From contig CAWELD010000003.1 of NCBI GenBank assembly GCA_963809895.1, positions 2,784,001 through 2,848,000 on the forward strand: DNA of 64,000 bases. The letters run 5' to 3'. Position numbers and translations under genes: made by a program. Origin of the DNA: an uncultured Gemmatimonadales bacterium (GTDB lineage: Bacteria; Gemmatimonadota; Gemmatimonadetes; Longimicrobiales; Gaopeijiaceae). The notes under the pieces are model-generated. The model was given only the letters and a program-made list of their open reading frames with translations, did not search any database and was not told the DNA's origin. Positions 31,395 to 40,824 of this stretch are shown piece after piece; position 1 is the first letter of the stretch, and the number at the start of each line of letters is the position of its first letter.

Positions 31395-32099
31395 TCAGCT
31401 GCCGGGAGCCTCGGCGTGGCACGCTCCGCACGTGGAGAGGATCCGACCGTACAGCACGCCCCTGGCTTCGGGGTCCGAGGTCTCTACGGCCTCGCGGGCG
31501 AGCTCCCTCAGACGGACGGCGTGTCGCTCGGCCGCACTCGACAGCCGGGTCGTCGCCATGTCGTCCTCGGCCATCAACTCGGCTCCCAACCTCCAGGCCT
31601 CGTCCGACGGAGCCAACAGGCCTTCCCACAGCCTGTCCGCAGCCCACACGTGCCGCACCATGTGTCGGCCGAATCCCTCGCCTTCCGGGGGTGGCTGCTG
31701 GTAGCTGATCCGCGGTCCCCCGTCGAACGCGACGTGACACGCGCCGCACGCGGCGGCCAGACGGCCCGTGGCCACGGCAGCCTCACCGTAGATGCCGGCG
31801 TCACGGATCTCGCGGGCCCGATCCTGCACGGCCCGGACGTAGGCGATGGATTCCAGCCCCATGTCCGGCAAGCGGTCGACGGCCCATATGGCCTCCGCGG
31901 CGGGACGCGCGGCCTGGAGGTCGCCACGCAGGATCGCCATCTGGATGCGAGATGCGGCTTCGAAGTGACCGCGCATGAAATTCTGCGTGGCGTTACCGGG
32001 GCCGGGTCCCCCGGCACAGGCCCACGTCAGCAGGAGCGCCAGCGCGGCAGCACCCGACAGCGCGGTAGATCGGACAGACGGCCGACGGATGGTCCGCAT
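31395..32099 (-). CDS. Di-heme c-type cytochrome lipoprotein (tandem cytochrome c'-like repeats)
   Basis: Lipobox TWAC; two CGACH motifs, each at the end of a helical repeat beginning MxxH. Confidence 0.8.
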   Translation of the reverse strand: MRTIRRPSVRSTALSGAAALALLLTWACAGGPGPGNATQNFMRGHFEAASRIQMAILRGDLQAARPAAEAIWAVDRLPDMGLESIAYVRAVQDRAREIRDAGIYGEAAVATGRLAAACGACHVAFDGGPRISYQQPPPEGEGFGRHMVRHVWAADRLWEGLLAPSDEAWRLGAELMAEDDMATTRLSSAAERHAVRLRELAREAVETSDPEARGVLYGRILSTCGACHAEAPGS

Positions 32100-32170
32100 G
32101 CTTCCTCCTCACCCGGACGGGCACCCAACGGGCCCGCTCCCGGGAGTGGCGGTGGCGGGAGGGCCTGAAA

Positions 32171-32195
32171 GACAGCGGTTCCTACCGTCAATTAG
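32171..32195 (-). promoter_or_regulatory. Candidate ECF promoter CTAA-N16-CTGTC
   Basis: Minus strand CTAA ttgacggtaggaaccg CTGTC; same motif at 59933-59958 and 60470-60495. Confidence 0.55.
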
Positions 32196-32386
32196 CTTCC
32201 GCGATCGGCGCGCCGCAAGCACACCGTTTCACGCCGGCCCTCGCGCCCCGACCCCATCGGACACCCTTGCCCCGTGACCTCTGGCCTTCTTCCTTGAGAA
32301 AGACGGGAGAGGGAAGCCCGGAAACCCCGCACCCCCCCTTCCCGTAGGACGGGCAGAGAAGACCTACCTACCGAGGGGAGAACCCG

Positions 32387-32449
32387 ATGCTCACCATCCT
32401 CAAGCGCGTCGTGAAGCTCGTCCTGGGCTGGATCCTGGACAAGATCTAG
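32387..32449 (+). CDS. 20-aa amphipathic cationic micropeptide MLTILKRVVKLVLGWILDKI
   Basis: RBS GAGGGGAG 6 nt before ATG; all 19 post-Met codons end in G/C; sits alone in an intergenic gap; below the ORF track cutoff. Confidence 0.75.
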   Translation: MLTILKRVVKLVLGWILDKI

Positions 32450-32470
32450 CCTCTGGCCGCCGACGCGCCG

Positions 32471-34841
32471 CTACATCCCACGGGTTCCACCGCGCGTGGC
32501 GGCGCGCATCTCGTACTCCTTCGGCGGCTCGGCGTCCAGCAGGTACCTCACGAAGTAGTCCCAGCGCCGCCGCACCATGTAGTCCTCGCTTCCGAACCCG
32601 TGTCTGCGGTTGGGCAGCATGAGCAGGTCGAAATCCTTGTTGGCCTCGATGAGCGCGTCGACCACCAACATGGTGTTGTACGGTGGCACGTTGTCGTCGG
32701 TCGTTCCGTGGGCGAGCAGGAGCTTGCCCTTCAGGTTTGCGGCCACGAGTTGGTTGGCCTGGTCGTCGTAGTTGGTGGAGCCGTCGGGACGTCTCTCCAG
32801 AAGCCCCTGCCACTTCTCGCCCCAGTCGTCCTCGTAGACCCGGTTGTCGTGATTGCCGGCCTCGCTGATCCCCACCTTGAAGAAGTCGGGATAGCGGAAC
32901 ATGGCGTCGGCGGTGGCGAAGCCCCCTCCGGAGTGGCCGTAGATCCCCGCACGCTCGAGGTCGATCCAGGGATAGCGCCCGGCGAGCTCCCGCATGCCGG
33001 CGACCTGATCGGGGAGCGTGTTGTCGCCCATGTCGCCGTAATAGGCGGCGTGGAAGGACTTGGAGCGCCAGGGGGTGCCCATGCCGTCGATTTCGACCAC
33101 GACGAACCCCAGCTCCGCCAATGCCTGCGCGTCGCCGCGGGCGGCGCTGAAGCTTCGTCCACGGACGCTCCCCGTCTGCGGCCCCGGATAGATGTGGTTG
33201 ATGATGGGATAGCTTGCCGTGGAGTCGAGCTCCGTGGGGGTGTACATGAGGCCGTAGAGGTCGGTCTGGCCGTCGCGGGCCTTCACCGTGATCTGCTCCG
33301 GGGGCTTCCAGCCCGTCGCCAGCAGGCGGGACACGTCCGCCTCCTCGAGGCTCGAGAACGCGCTCCCCGGTGCGCATGTCACGCAACGCGGTCACCGGGG
33401 GAACGTCGGGCTGTGACCAGGAATCCACGAAGTACCGGCCATCGGGGGACAGATCCACCGAATGGTCACCGTTCTCTGGCGTGAGGAGCGTGGCCTCGCC
33501 GCCGTCGAAGCCGACCCGGTAGAGATGACGGTAGTAGGGATTGCGCCCCGCTTCCCGACCCACGCCCTCGAACCAGATCGTTCTGGTGTCCGCGTCCACG
33601 CGCAGCACCCGGGTGACGTTGCCCTGGCCGCCGGTGATGGCGTGCTTCAGGGCGCCGGACTGCAGATCGTAGAGGTAGAGCTGCCCCCAGTCGCTGCGCT
33701 CCGAGAACCAGATCACCTCGTCGGAGTCGAACAGCACCTTGTTGTTCACCGCCCCGTTGCCGGACTCGTAGAAGGTCTCGACCCGTTCGTCGAGCACGTC
33801 ACGCACTGCACCGGTGGCGGCATCCGCCACCCGAAGATGTACCTCCTTGTGGTCCCTGGAGCTGGACGCGAAGGCGAGCTCCGTGGCGTCATCGCTCCAG
33901 GTCACGTCATCCCAGCTTCCTCCACAGATGATGTCGTCGCAGAGCGTAGAGCGGTGCTGGTCCGGAGGCATCTGCAGGCGCACGACCCTGGGCCCGTCCA
34001 GGTCGATGATCACGCGCTCGATCATGGTGACCACGCTGTCTCCCGGCAGTGGATACTTCCACGCCTGGAGCTCCGGGTGGCCGACCCGCGTGCTGACCAG
34101 ATACATCTCTCCCGTGCCCCGCTGGTCCTGTTGGAAGGTGGCGATCCTGCGCGAGTCGGGGCTCCACAACACCACCGGGCGGTCCGACTTGCGCCATCCG
34201 GCGTTGTCGGTGGCGTAGCCGTAGTTCTCTTCGCCGTCGGTCGTGAGCGGACGCTCCTCGCCGGTGCGGAGGTCACGCAGCCAGAGGTTCCAGTCGCGGA
34301 TGAACACGGCTTTGGTGCCATCGGGTGAGACCACCTGCGGAGCGGCGGACCGGCGATCGGCGCCGCCACCCTCGTCGGCCGCCGCGCACCGGGGCGCCTC
34401 GATGTCGCAGAGGTAGCGGCGCCCCTGGACGACGAACATCACCCGGCCCGCATCCGGCGACAGGGCTGCCGTGCCCAGCGGCAATCCCAACGCCTCGAAG
34501 GCCTCGCCGGATGCCGTGGACAGGGCGCGAGCCATGCCCTGGTGATCGAAGGCGCGCTGGCGGCGGCGGGCCCCAGGGTCCACGAGCACCATCTCCTCGC
34601 CGCCCGGCACGTCGTTGGCGTACCAGAAGCGTCCGTCGTCCAACCAGCGCGGCCGAACGCTGGCACCGAAGACGAGCGCGTTGGTGTTGTAGCCCATGTA
34701 GCGCTCGGCTCGGGCGTAGTCCTGGGCGGTGACGGCGCCCGTGGCCTGAGCCTGCAGTCCTGTGACCTGGACTGCACCGAGCATGACGAACACCAGACGC
34801 GCCCCACTTCCCCAACGTCCTGCTACGGCCCGCATCTTCAT
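32471..34841 (-). CDS. S9 family dipeptidyl peptidase IV-like peptidase; one apparent frameshift at about 33350
   Basis: Signal peptide; DPPIV N-terminal propeller (SPDG, WSPDS); YPGP; GHSGGG; HGTTDDNV; PNRRHG. Confidence 0.92.
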
Positions 34842-35019
34842 CGTCGATCTCCTCTTCGACAGGTCGCTGGACCTGCTCCTGACACCTCTCGACCCCCACC
34901 CGGCCCGCTCGAAGATGGCCGGCGCGGCCCCCCTCCGGCAACCACAAACGGGGCGTGCGCACGACGCCCGGATCGTCCTCGCCTGATCCCGCACGCATGC
35001 ATGCGGATATGCGACTACG

Positions 35020-35048
35020 TTGCGTTGACGTGATCTCGGTGATACGCT
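35020..35048 (+). promoter_or_regulatory. Candidate sigma70 promoter for the susC leader
   Basis: TTGCGT-N17-TACGCT. Confidence 0.4.
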
Positions 35049-35538
35049 CGTGAAGCACGAGAGTCGGCTCGGCTATGGGATCCTCACCCAAGGAGCGAGT
35101 CGTGCGAGGAAGGTCCAGTCTCATCAGAGGGAGTGCTTCGGCGACGGTGCCGGAGCCGACGTGGGTGGATGAAGCGGGGTGGCAGGGGGTGGTCCACGGC
35201 GCGCTTCCACCGGAACCGGGTCGTCCTTCTGTGCCCTGGCTCTTCGTGTCCTCCGCCCCCCGACGAGGGGGCACCGGCAGATCCGAATCCGGATCGCCGT
35301 CCACCTCGAAAGTCTTTCCCCATCTCCCCCCCAGATGCGGGAAACACCACATAAGGCTCCGAACCCTTCGCCACCCCTGTCGGGCACCGTTCCGTGTGGG
35401 GGTTCAGCGCAAGGGGCCCGGAGTGTGGATCATCCCCGCCGGGAGGGGGGCCGTGTAGGTCTCTCCTTCCGGACCGGGGATGAGCCCGGACTCGACCGGA
35501 GTCCGGGGCAGTCGACTTTCACCGGTCAAGGAGGACAC

Positions 35539-38500
35539 ATGAAGCGTCCCACGTATGGAGGAGCACTCCTCCTCGCCGCCCTGTTGGCGGTGCCGACCTT
35601 CCTGCACGCGCAGGAGATGCGCACCGTCACCGGCCACGTTACCGCCGCGGAGAATCTCCAACCCCTCGCCGGGGTCCAGGTTTCCGTGAAGGGAACTACG
35701 GTAGGCACGCTCACCGATGGCGAGGGCAACTTCACCTTCCGGGTCCCGGCCGACGCCGATAGCCTGGTCTTCACCTCCATCGGGTTCAAGACCCTCGAGG
35801 TCCCGATCACGGACAACATCCAGGTGACCATGGAGCAGCAGGCCATCGGCCTGGAAGGCATCGTGGTCACGGCCCTGGGTGTGCAACGCGAGAAGCGCAG
35901 CCTGGGCTATTCCGTGCAGGACGTGCAGGGGGACGAGCTGGCCAAGGTGCCCGAGCTCAACCTGGTCAACTCGCTGCAAGGCGAGGTGGCGGGGGTCCAC
36001 ATCACCGATGCCGGACCCACGGGAGGCTCGGCCCGCATCGTCATCCGCGGGGCGAGCTCCATCACGGGCAACAACCAGCCGCTGTTCATCGTGGACGGCG
36101 TGCCCGTCGACAACTCCGCACCCCGCAACGGCGGGTACGGAGGTATCGACTACGGCAACGCGGTTCAGGACATCGATCCTGCCAACATCGCCTCCGTCAG
36201 CGTGCTGAAGGGGCCCAACGCGGCTGCCCTGTACGGCTCGCGCGCCTCCAACGGCGCCATCGTCATCACCACCAAGTCCGGCTCCGGCACGGGCTCCAGC
36301 GGCCTCGGCATCACGGCCACCTCGAGCCTCACCTTCGAAGAGCCGCTCCGGCTCCCGAGCTATCAGAACGTGTACGGGCAGGGCGTCAACGGCGAGTTCC
36401 AATGGGTGGACGGTCAGGGTGGTGGCACCTGGGACTACGTGGACGAGAGCTGGGGTCCGAAGATGGACGGACGGCTCATCGACCAGTTCACGGGCCCGCA
36501 GCAGCCGTTCGTGCCGCATCCCGACAACGTCCGCAACTACTTCCGGACCGGGAGCACCTGGAACACCAACGTGTCCGTCGCGCGGGCGACCGAGAACGCC
36601 AACGTGCGCCTGTCGCTGTCCAACGCCGACGTGCAGTCCATGGCTCCGGGGTTCAACATCGGCCGCAAGAGCGTGGCCCTTAAGGGCGGCGCCTCGGTCA
36701 CCGAGAGGCTCAACACCGAAGCGTCGCTCAACTACATGAGTCAGGACGCCAACGACCGCATCGGCACGGGCTACGACGAAGACAACCCCATGCAGAGCTT
36801 CATCTGGTTCGGACGCCAGGTGGACATGAATGCACTGCGCCACTACCGCTGCACCGGCAACGAGCCCACGCCGTGCACCGATGGCGCCCAGTACAACTGG
36901 AACTACAACTACCACAACAACCCGTTCTGGGAGCAGTACGTGAACTCGAACGGGGACCAGCGGGATCGCCTCCTGGGCCACGTCCAGGCCGGCTACGAGC
37001 TCAACGACTGGATCACCCTCACGGGTAAGGTCGGCCGTGACTGGTACCGCGAGCACCGCAAGAACGTCATCGCCTTCAACAGCCTCGACGACGCCGGTGA
37101 CGGCGGCTTCAACGAGTCGGAGATCTACCGCTCGGAGACCAACGCCGACCTCCTGCTCACGGCGACCCGGCAGCTCACCAGCGATCTGTCGCTGGACGTG
37201 ACGGCGGGTGGAAACTACCGCAAGAACACCTACGAGACGTCCGGCGTGAGCGTGAGCGCCCTGACGGCGCCCGGCATCTACACCATCGACAACGCCGCCA
37301 CCTCGCCCAGCCCCTCGGACTACTCGTCGCTCAAGAAGGTGCGGAGCCTGTACGGGTCCGCCACGCTGAACTACCGCGGGTACCTGAACGTGGACGTCAC
37401 CGGCCGCAACGACTGGTCGTCCACCCTGCCCGAGGGCAACAACTCGTATTTCTATCCCTCGGTGTCCAGCGCGTTCGTGTTCAGCGACGCGCTGGGGCTT
37501 CAGAACGACTTCCTGAGCTCGGGCAAGGTCCGGGCGAGCTGGACACGCGTCGGTAACGACACCGGCCCCTACCAGCTCACGTCAGTCTACAACGCCAACA
37601 CCGCATGGGGCGGTACCGCGCCCATGTTCAGCGTTCCCAACGGACTTCCCAACATCAACCTGAAGCCCGAGCAGACCACGGCCTGGGAGGTCGGGACGGA
37701 CCTCGGCTTCTTCGACGAACGCCTCGGCTTCGTGCTGACCCGCTACCACAGCACGACCAAGGACCAGATCCTTGGCGTCCAGATCTCCTCGACCAGCGGC
37801 TACACGAGCCAGGTGCTCAACGCCGGTGAGGTAGACAACTGGGGCTGGGAGCTCCTGCTGTCGGCGACCCCCGTGCGGATGGAAGACGGATTCCGCTGGG
37901 ACATGACGCTGAACTGGAGCAAGAACAACTCCGAAGTGAAGCGGCTGTACGGCGACCTGGAGACGCTGGTCCTGGGCAGCTACTGGAGCCTCAACATCGA
38001 GGCCCGTAAGGGTGAGCCCTACGGCGCGTTCTTCGGCAACGGTTACCTGCGCGACGACCAGGGCCGGATCATGCTGTCGGAGAGCGGTCGCCCGAAGATC
38101 GACTCGGAGCGGCGGATCCTGGGCAATTACAATCCGGACTGGGTCGGCGGCATCCAGAACCGCTTCAGCTACGGCCCCTTCGACCTGAGCGTCCTCGTCG
38201 ACGGCCAGAGAGGCGGCGACGTCTTCTCCGTGACCAACTGGTTCGGCGAATACTCGGGTGTGCTGGAGTCCACCCTGCGTGGCCGTGAAGACGACTTCTG
38301 CGATCCCGGGATCGTCGTGGACGGCGTGCTTCCCGACGGCTCCATCAACGGAGACGGCGTGGACGACGTCAGCGTGTGCCCCCGCGACTACTTCCACGGA
38401 AACTACGGCAACCAGGAAGCCGGCATCAGCGACGCCAGCTACATCAAGCTGCGCGAGATCCGGCTGGGCTACGAGATTCCCCGGAGCTTCATGAGCCGCA

Positions 38501-38673
38501 TGGGCTTCTCCGGTGGATCCGTCTCTCTCATCGGACGCAACCTGTACCTCTGGTCGAAGATCAAGAACATCGATCCGGAGACCGCGTTCGACGCCAGCAA
38601 CGTGCAGGGTATCGAGTTCGGGCAGTTCCCCACGGCGCGCAGCCTGGGCCTGTCCTTCTCGATCCGGCCGTGA
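35539..38673 (+). CDS. susC: SusC/RagA-family TonB-dependent transporter
   Basis: GGAGGA RBS; signal peptide; carboxypeptidase-regulatory-like N-domain; NNQPLFIVDGVP; VLKGPNAAALYGSRASNGAIVITTK; NLKPE. Confidence 0.96.
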   Translation: MKRPTYGGALLLAALLAVPTFLHAQEMRTVTGHVTAAENLQPLAGVQVSVKGTTVGTLTDGEGNFTFRVPADADSLVFTSIGFKTLEVPITDNIQVTMEQQAIGLEGIVVTALGVQREKRSLGYSVQDVQGDELAKVPELNLVNSLQGEVAGVHITDAGPTGGSARIVIRGASSITGNNQPLFIVDGVPVDNSAPRNGGYGGIDYGNAVQDIDPANIASVSVLKGPNAAALYGSRASNGAIVITTKSGSGTGSSGLGITATSSLTFEEPLRLPSYQNVYGQGVNGEFQWVDGQGGGTWDYVDESWGPKMDGRLIDQFTGPQQPFVPHPDNVRNYFRTGSTWNTNVSVARATENANVRLSLSNADVQSMAPGFNIGRKSVALKGGASVTERLNTEASLNYMSQDANDRIGTGYDEDNPMQSFIWFGRQVDMNALRHYRCTGNEPTPCTDGAQYNWNYNYHNNPFWEQYVNSNGDQRDRLLGHVQAGYELNDWITLTGKVGRDWYREHRKNVIAFNSLDDAGDGGFNESEIYRSETNADLLLTATRQLTSDLSLDVTAGGNYRKNTYETSGVSVSALTAPGIYTIDNAATSPSPSDYSSLKKVRSLYGSATLNYRGYLNVDVTGRNDWSSTLPEGNNSYFYPSVSSAFVFSDALGLQNDFLSSGKVRASWTRVGNDTGPYQLTSVYNANTAWGGTAPMFSVPNGLPNINLKPEQTTAWEVGTDLGFFDERLGFVLTRYHSTTKDQILGVQISSTSGYTSQVLNAGEVDNWGWELLLSATPVRMEDGFRWDMTLNWSKNNSEVKRLYGDLETLVLGSYWSLNIEARKGEPYGAFFGNGYLRDDQGRIMLSESGRPKIDSERRILGNYNPDWVGGIQNRFSYGPFDLSVLVDGQRGGDVFSVTNWFGEYSGVLESTLRGREDDFCDPGIVVDGVLPDGSINGDGVDDVSVCPRDYFHGNYGNQEAGISDASYIKLREIRLGYEIPRSFMSRMGFSGGSVSLIGRNLYLWSKIKNIDPETAFDASNVQGIEFGQFPTARSLGLSFSIRP

Positions 38674-38690
38674 CAGAAGGGAGAGACATC

Positions 38691-40145
38691 ATGAATAGAC
38701 AGAGAATCTTCCGAGCTTCGCTCGCGGTCGGTCTGGCTCTGGCGCTCGCCGCCTGTGACCAGGGATTGACCGAAGCGAACATCGACCCCAACGCGCCCAC
38801 CGACGTGGGCGCCGAGTTCCTCCTTCCCCAGGCCATCCAGTCGGCCGTGGGCAGCACGTTCGGTGCGGGACAGATGTTGTCGCACACCGCCATCTGGCCC
38901 CAGCACGCGGTGGAGATCCAGTACCCGGACGAAGAGCGCGGACAGGTGCGCGCCTCCAGGATGCAGGGGTATTGGGACGGCTACTACGCCGGCCCCCTCC
39001 AGGACATCCAGATCGTCATCGACAAGGGCCAGGAGTCCGGCAAGGCCAACATCGAGGCCGTCGGTACCATCTGGCAGACCTGGATCTTCCACATCGTCAC
39101 CGACCTGTGGGGAGACATTCCGTACGCCCAGGCGCTGCAGGCGGCGGACGGCAACACGACGCCCGCGTACGACGCGCAGCAGACCGTCTACATGGGCATG
39201 CTCTCCAAGCTGACCGACGCCTCTTCCATGCTGTCAGCGGGGGGCTCGGGCTTCGGCTCGGGTGATCTCCTCTACGGGAACGATTTCGAGAAGTGGCGCC
39301 GCTTCGCCAACTCGCTTCGCATGCGGCTGGCCATGCGCATGTCGGAGGCGGATCCCAGCGCGGCACAGGCTGCCTTCGCGGCAGCGTACAGCGCCGGTGG
39401 ATTCCAGAGCAACGACGACAACGCCATGCTCGAGTGGCCCGGGTCTCCCTACCGGAACCCGCTCTTCGAGAACTGGCAGGGCCGTGACGACCACGGCATC
39501 AGCGCCACCATGGTGGACACGCTGAAAGCCCTGAACGACCCGCGGCTCGCGCTCTACGCCGAGCCCGCCGCCGAGGACGGCGAGTATCGGGGACTGGGGA
39601 ACGGCATCGAGACGCCGCCCCTGTCGCTGGCGTGGTATTCGCGCATCGGCAACTTCTGGCGCGCCGACGGCGCCGCCACCCCGACGGCGATCATGACCTA
39701 CTCCGAGGTTCTCTTCCTGGAGGCGGAAGCTGCGCGGCGAGGATGGATCTCGGCGGACCCGGCAGAGCTCTACGAGGCTGGAATCCGCGCCAACATGCAC
39801 GAGTACGACGCGTGGTCGCCCGCCAATGCCCCGAGCCAGGCCGACATCGACGCCTACCTGTCCAATCCGGACGTCATGTACAACGCGGCCACGGGGATGA
39901 AGCAGATCCAGCTACAGGAGTGGATCGGCCTGTACATGAACGGAAGCGAGGCGTGGGCCAACTGGCGCCGCACCGGCGTTCCGGATCTCGCCATGGGCCC
40001 GGATCTGGCGCTCAGCCGGATTCCGGTGCGCTTCATCTATCCGGATCTGGAGCAGTCGCTCAACAAGTCCAACCTGGACGCAGCCGTATCGCGCCAGGGC
40101 GGCGGTCTGGATCTGGTGACACCGGTGTGGTGGGACGCCAACTGA
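38691..40145 (+). CDS. susD: SusD/RagB-family lipoprotein
   Basis: Lipobox LAAC; NIDPN; TDLWGDIPY; DPRL; YSEVLFLEAEA; EAWANWRRTG; VWWD. Confidence 0.95.
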   Translation: MNRQRIFRASLAVGLALALAACDQGLTEANIDPNAPTDVGAEFLLPQAIQSAVGSTFGAGQMLSHTAIWPQHAVEIQYPDEERGQVRASRMQGYWDGYYAGPLQDIQIVIDKGQESGKANIEAVGTIWQTWIFHIVTDLWGDIPYAQALQAADGNTTPAYDAQQTVYMGMLSKLTDASSMLSAGGSGFGSGDLLYGNDFEKWRRFANSLRMRLAMRMSEADPSAAQAAFAAAYSAGGFQSNDDNAMLEWPGSPYRNPLFENWQGRDDHGISATMVDTLKALNDPRLALYAEPAAEDGEYRGLGNGIETPPLSLAWYSRIGNFWRADGAATPTAIMTYSEVLFLEAEAARRGWISADPAELYEAGIRANMHEYDAWSPANAPSQADIDAYLSNPDVMYNAATGMKQIQLQEWIGLYMNGSEAWANWRRTGVPDLAMGPDLALSRIPVRFIYPDLEQSLNKSNLDAAVSRQGGGLDLVTPVWWDAN

Positions 40146-40175
40146 CGTCCGTCCACCGCACCTCCTGAAACACCG

Positions 40176-40203
40176 CGCCCCCCGGGTTTCGACCCGGGGG
40201 GCG
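40176..40203. terminator. Hairpin after susD between convergent genes
   Basis: Perfect 12-bp stem CGCCCCCCGGGT-TTCG-ACCCGGGGGGCG. Confidence 0.7.
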
Positions 40204-40233
40204 TCGGCGTTCGGGCCGCAGGCGCGTGTCGCC

Positions 40234-40671
40234 TCAGCTACGCATGAAGACCAGGATCAGTCCGTGGGCGTGCGTTCCGTAGCCGGGACGGGTGGTGAAT
40301 CCCTGGGGATACACCTCGACCCGCTCGACGTCCGTGGCCCGGAGGGACTCCAGGATGCAGGTGTCGGTAGTGCGGGTGCCGTCCACGTACACGTGTGGAT
40401 TCACGACGCTCATGAAGCTCACGTTGTTGCGGAGCGAGATCTCCGGGCACTGCCCGGTGATGTGGCGCACGTGGAAGTTCGGGACCTTGCCCGACATGGT
40501 GTCCAGAAGGGGTCCGGACCCGTCCTGGAGCGCCATCCCGGTGAGCACGATGGCCCCCTTCTCGAAGTCCACTCCGTTCCGGTTCTTCGGGTCCGTGTGG
40601 CCGGTGGCGCATGCGCTGCTCGCCAGAAGCGAAAACAGGGTCAGCGAAGCCAATCGGCGAGCGTTCATCAT
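40234..40671 (-). CDS. Small lipoprotein consisting of a TonB plug-like domain only
   Basis: Lipobox-like SSAC; PHVYVDG; DVERVEVYP; GLILVFMR at the C-terminus; no barrel. Confidence 0.75.
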   Translation of the reverse strand: MMNARRLASLTLFSLLASSACATGHTDPKNRNGVDFEKGAIVLTGMALQDGSGPLLDTMSGKVPNFHVRHITGQCPEISLRNNVSFMSVVNPHVYVDGTRTTDTCILESLRATDVERVEVYPQGFTTRPGYGTHAHGLILVFMRS

Positions 40672-40704
40672 CCGTTCTCCAGCAACGAGGGTCTGCATTC
40701 ACCC

Positions 40705-40731
40705 TTTACGCCGGGGCGCAACCGCGGTTAC
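40705..40731 (-). promoter_or_regulatory. Candidate ECF promoter GTAACC-N15-CGTAAA
   Basis: AAC/CGT-type ECF layout about 35 nt upstream of the 40671 start. Confidence 0.4.
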
Positions 40732-40824
40732 CCGGAATGGAGCGGTACCGCGCCGGTGCCGCAGCGCGCCGCCGGACGCGGGCGGGGGCTTTCGCCAGCG
40801 CACGCCCACCGACGTCTGGTCGTG

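Noticed and set aside
34858..34883. GTCA-N17-CTGTC upstream of the DPP-IV gene as another ECF site
   Set aside because: The -35 does not match and the -10 abuts the RBS.
35110..35390. Resemblance to SAM-I (CTCATCAGAG...GGTGCC...GATGAAG) and c-di-AMP (CCGAATCC...CCGAACCC) riboswitches
   Set aside because: Core elements (SAM-I GCAACC and kink-turn; ydaO GGGGTGAAT and GTCAGCTAAC) are missing; kept only as an unassigned structured leader.
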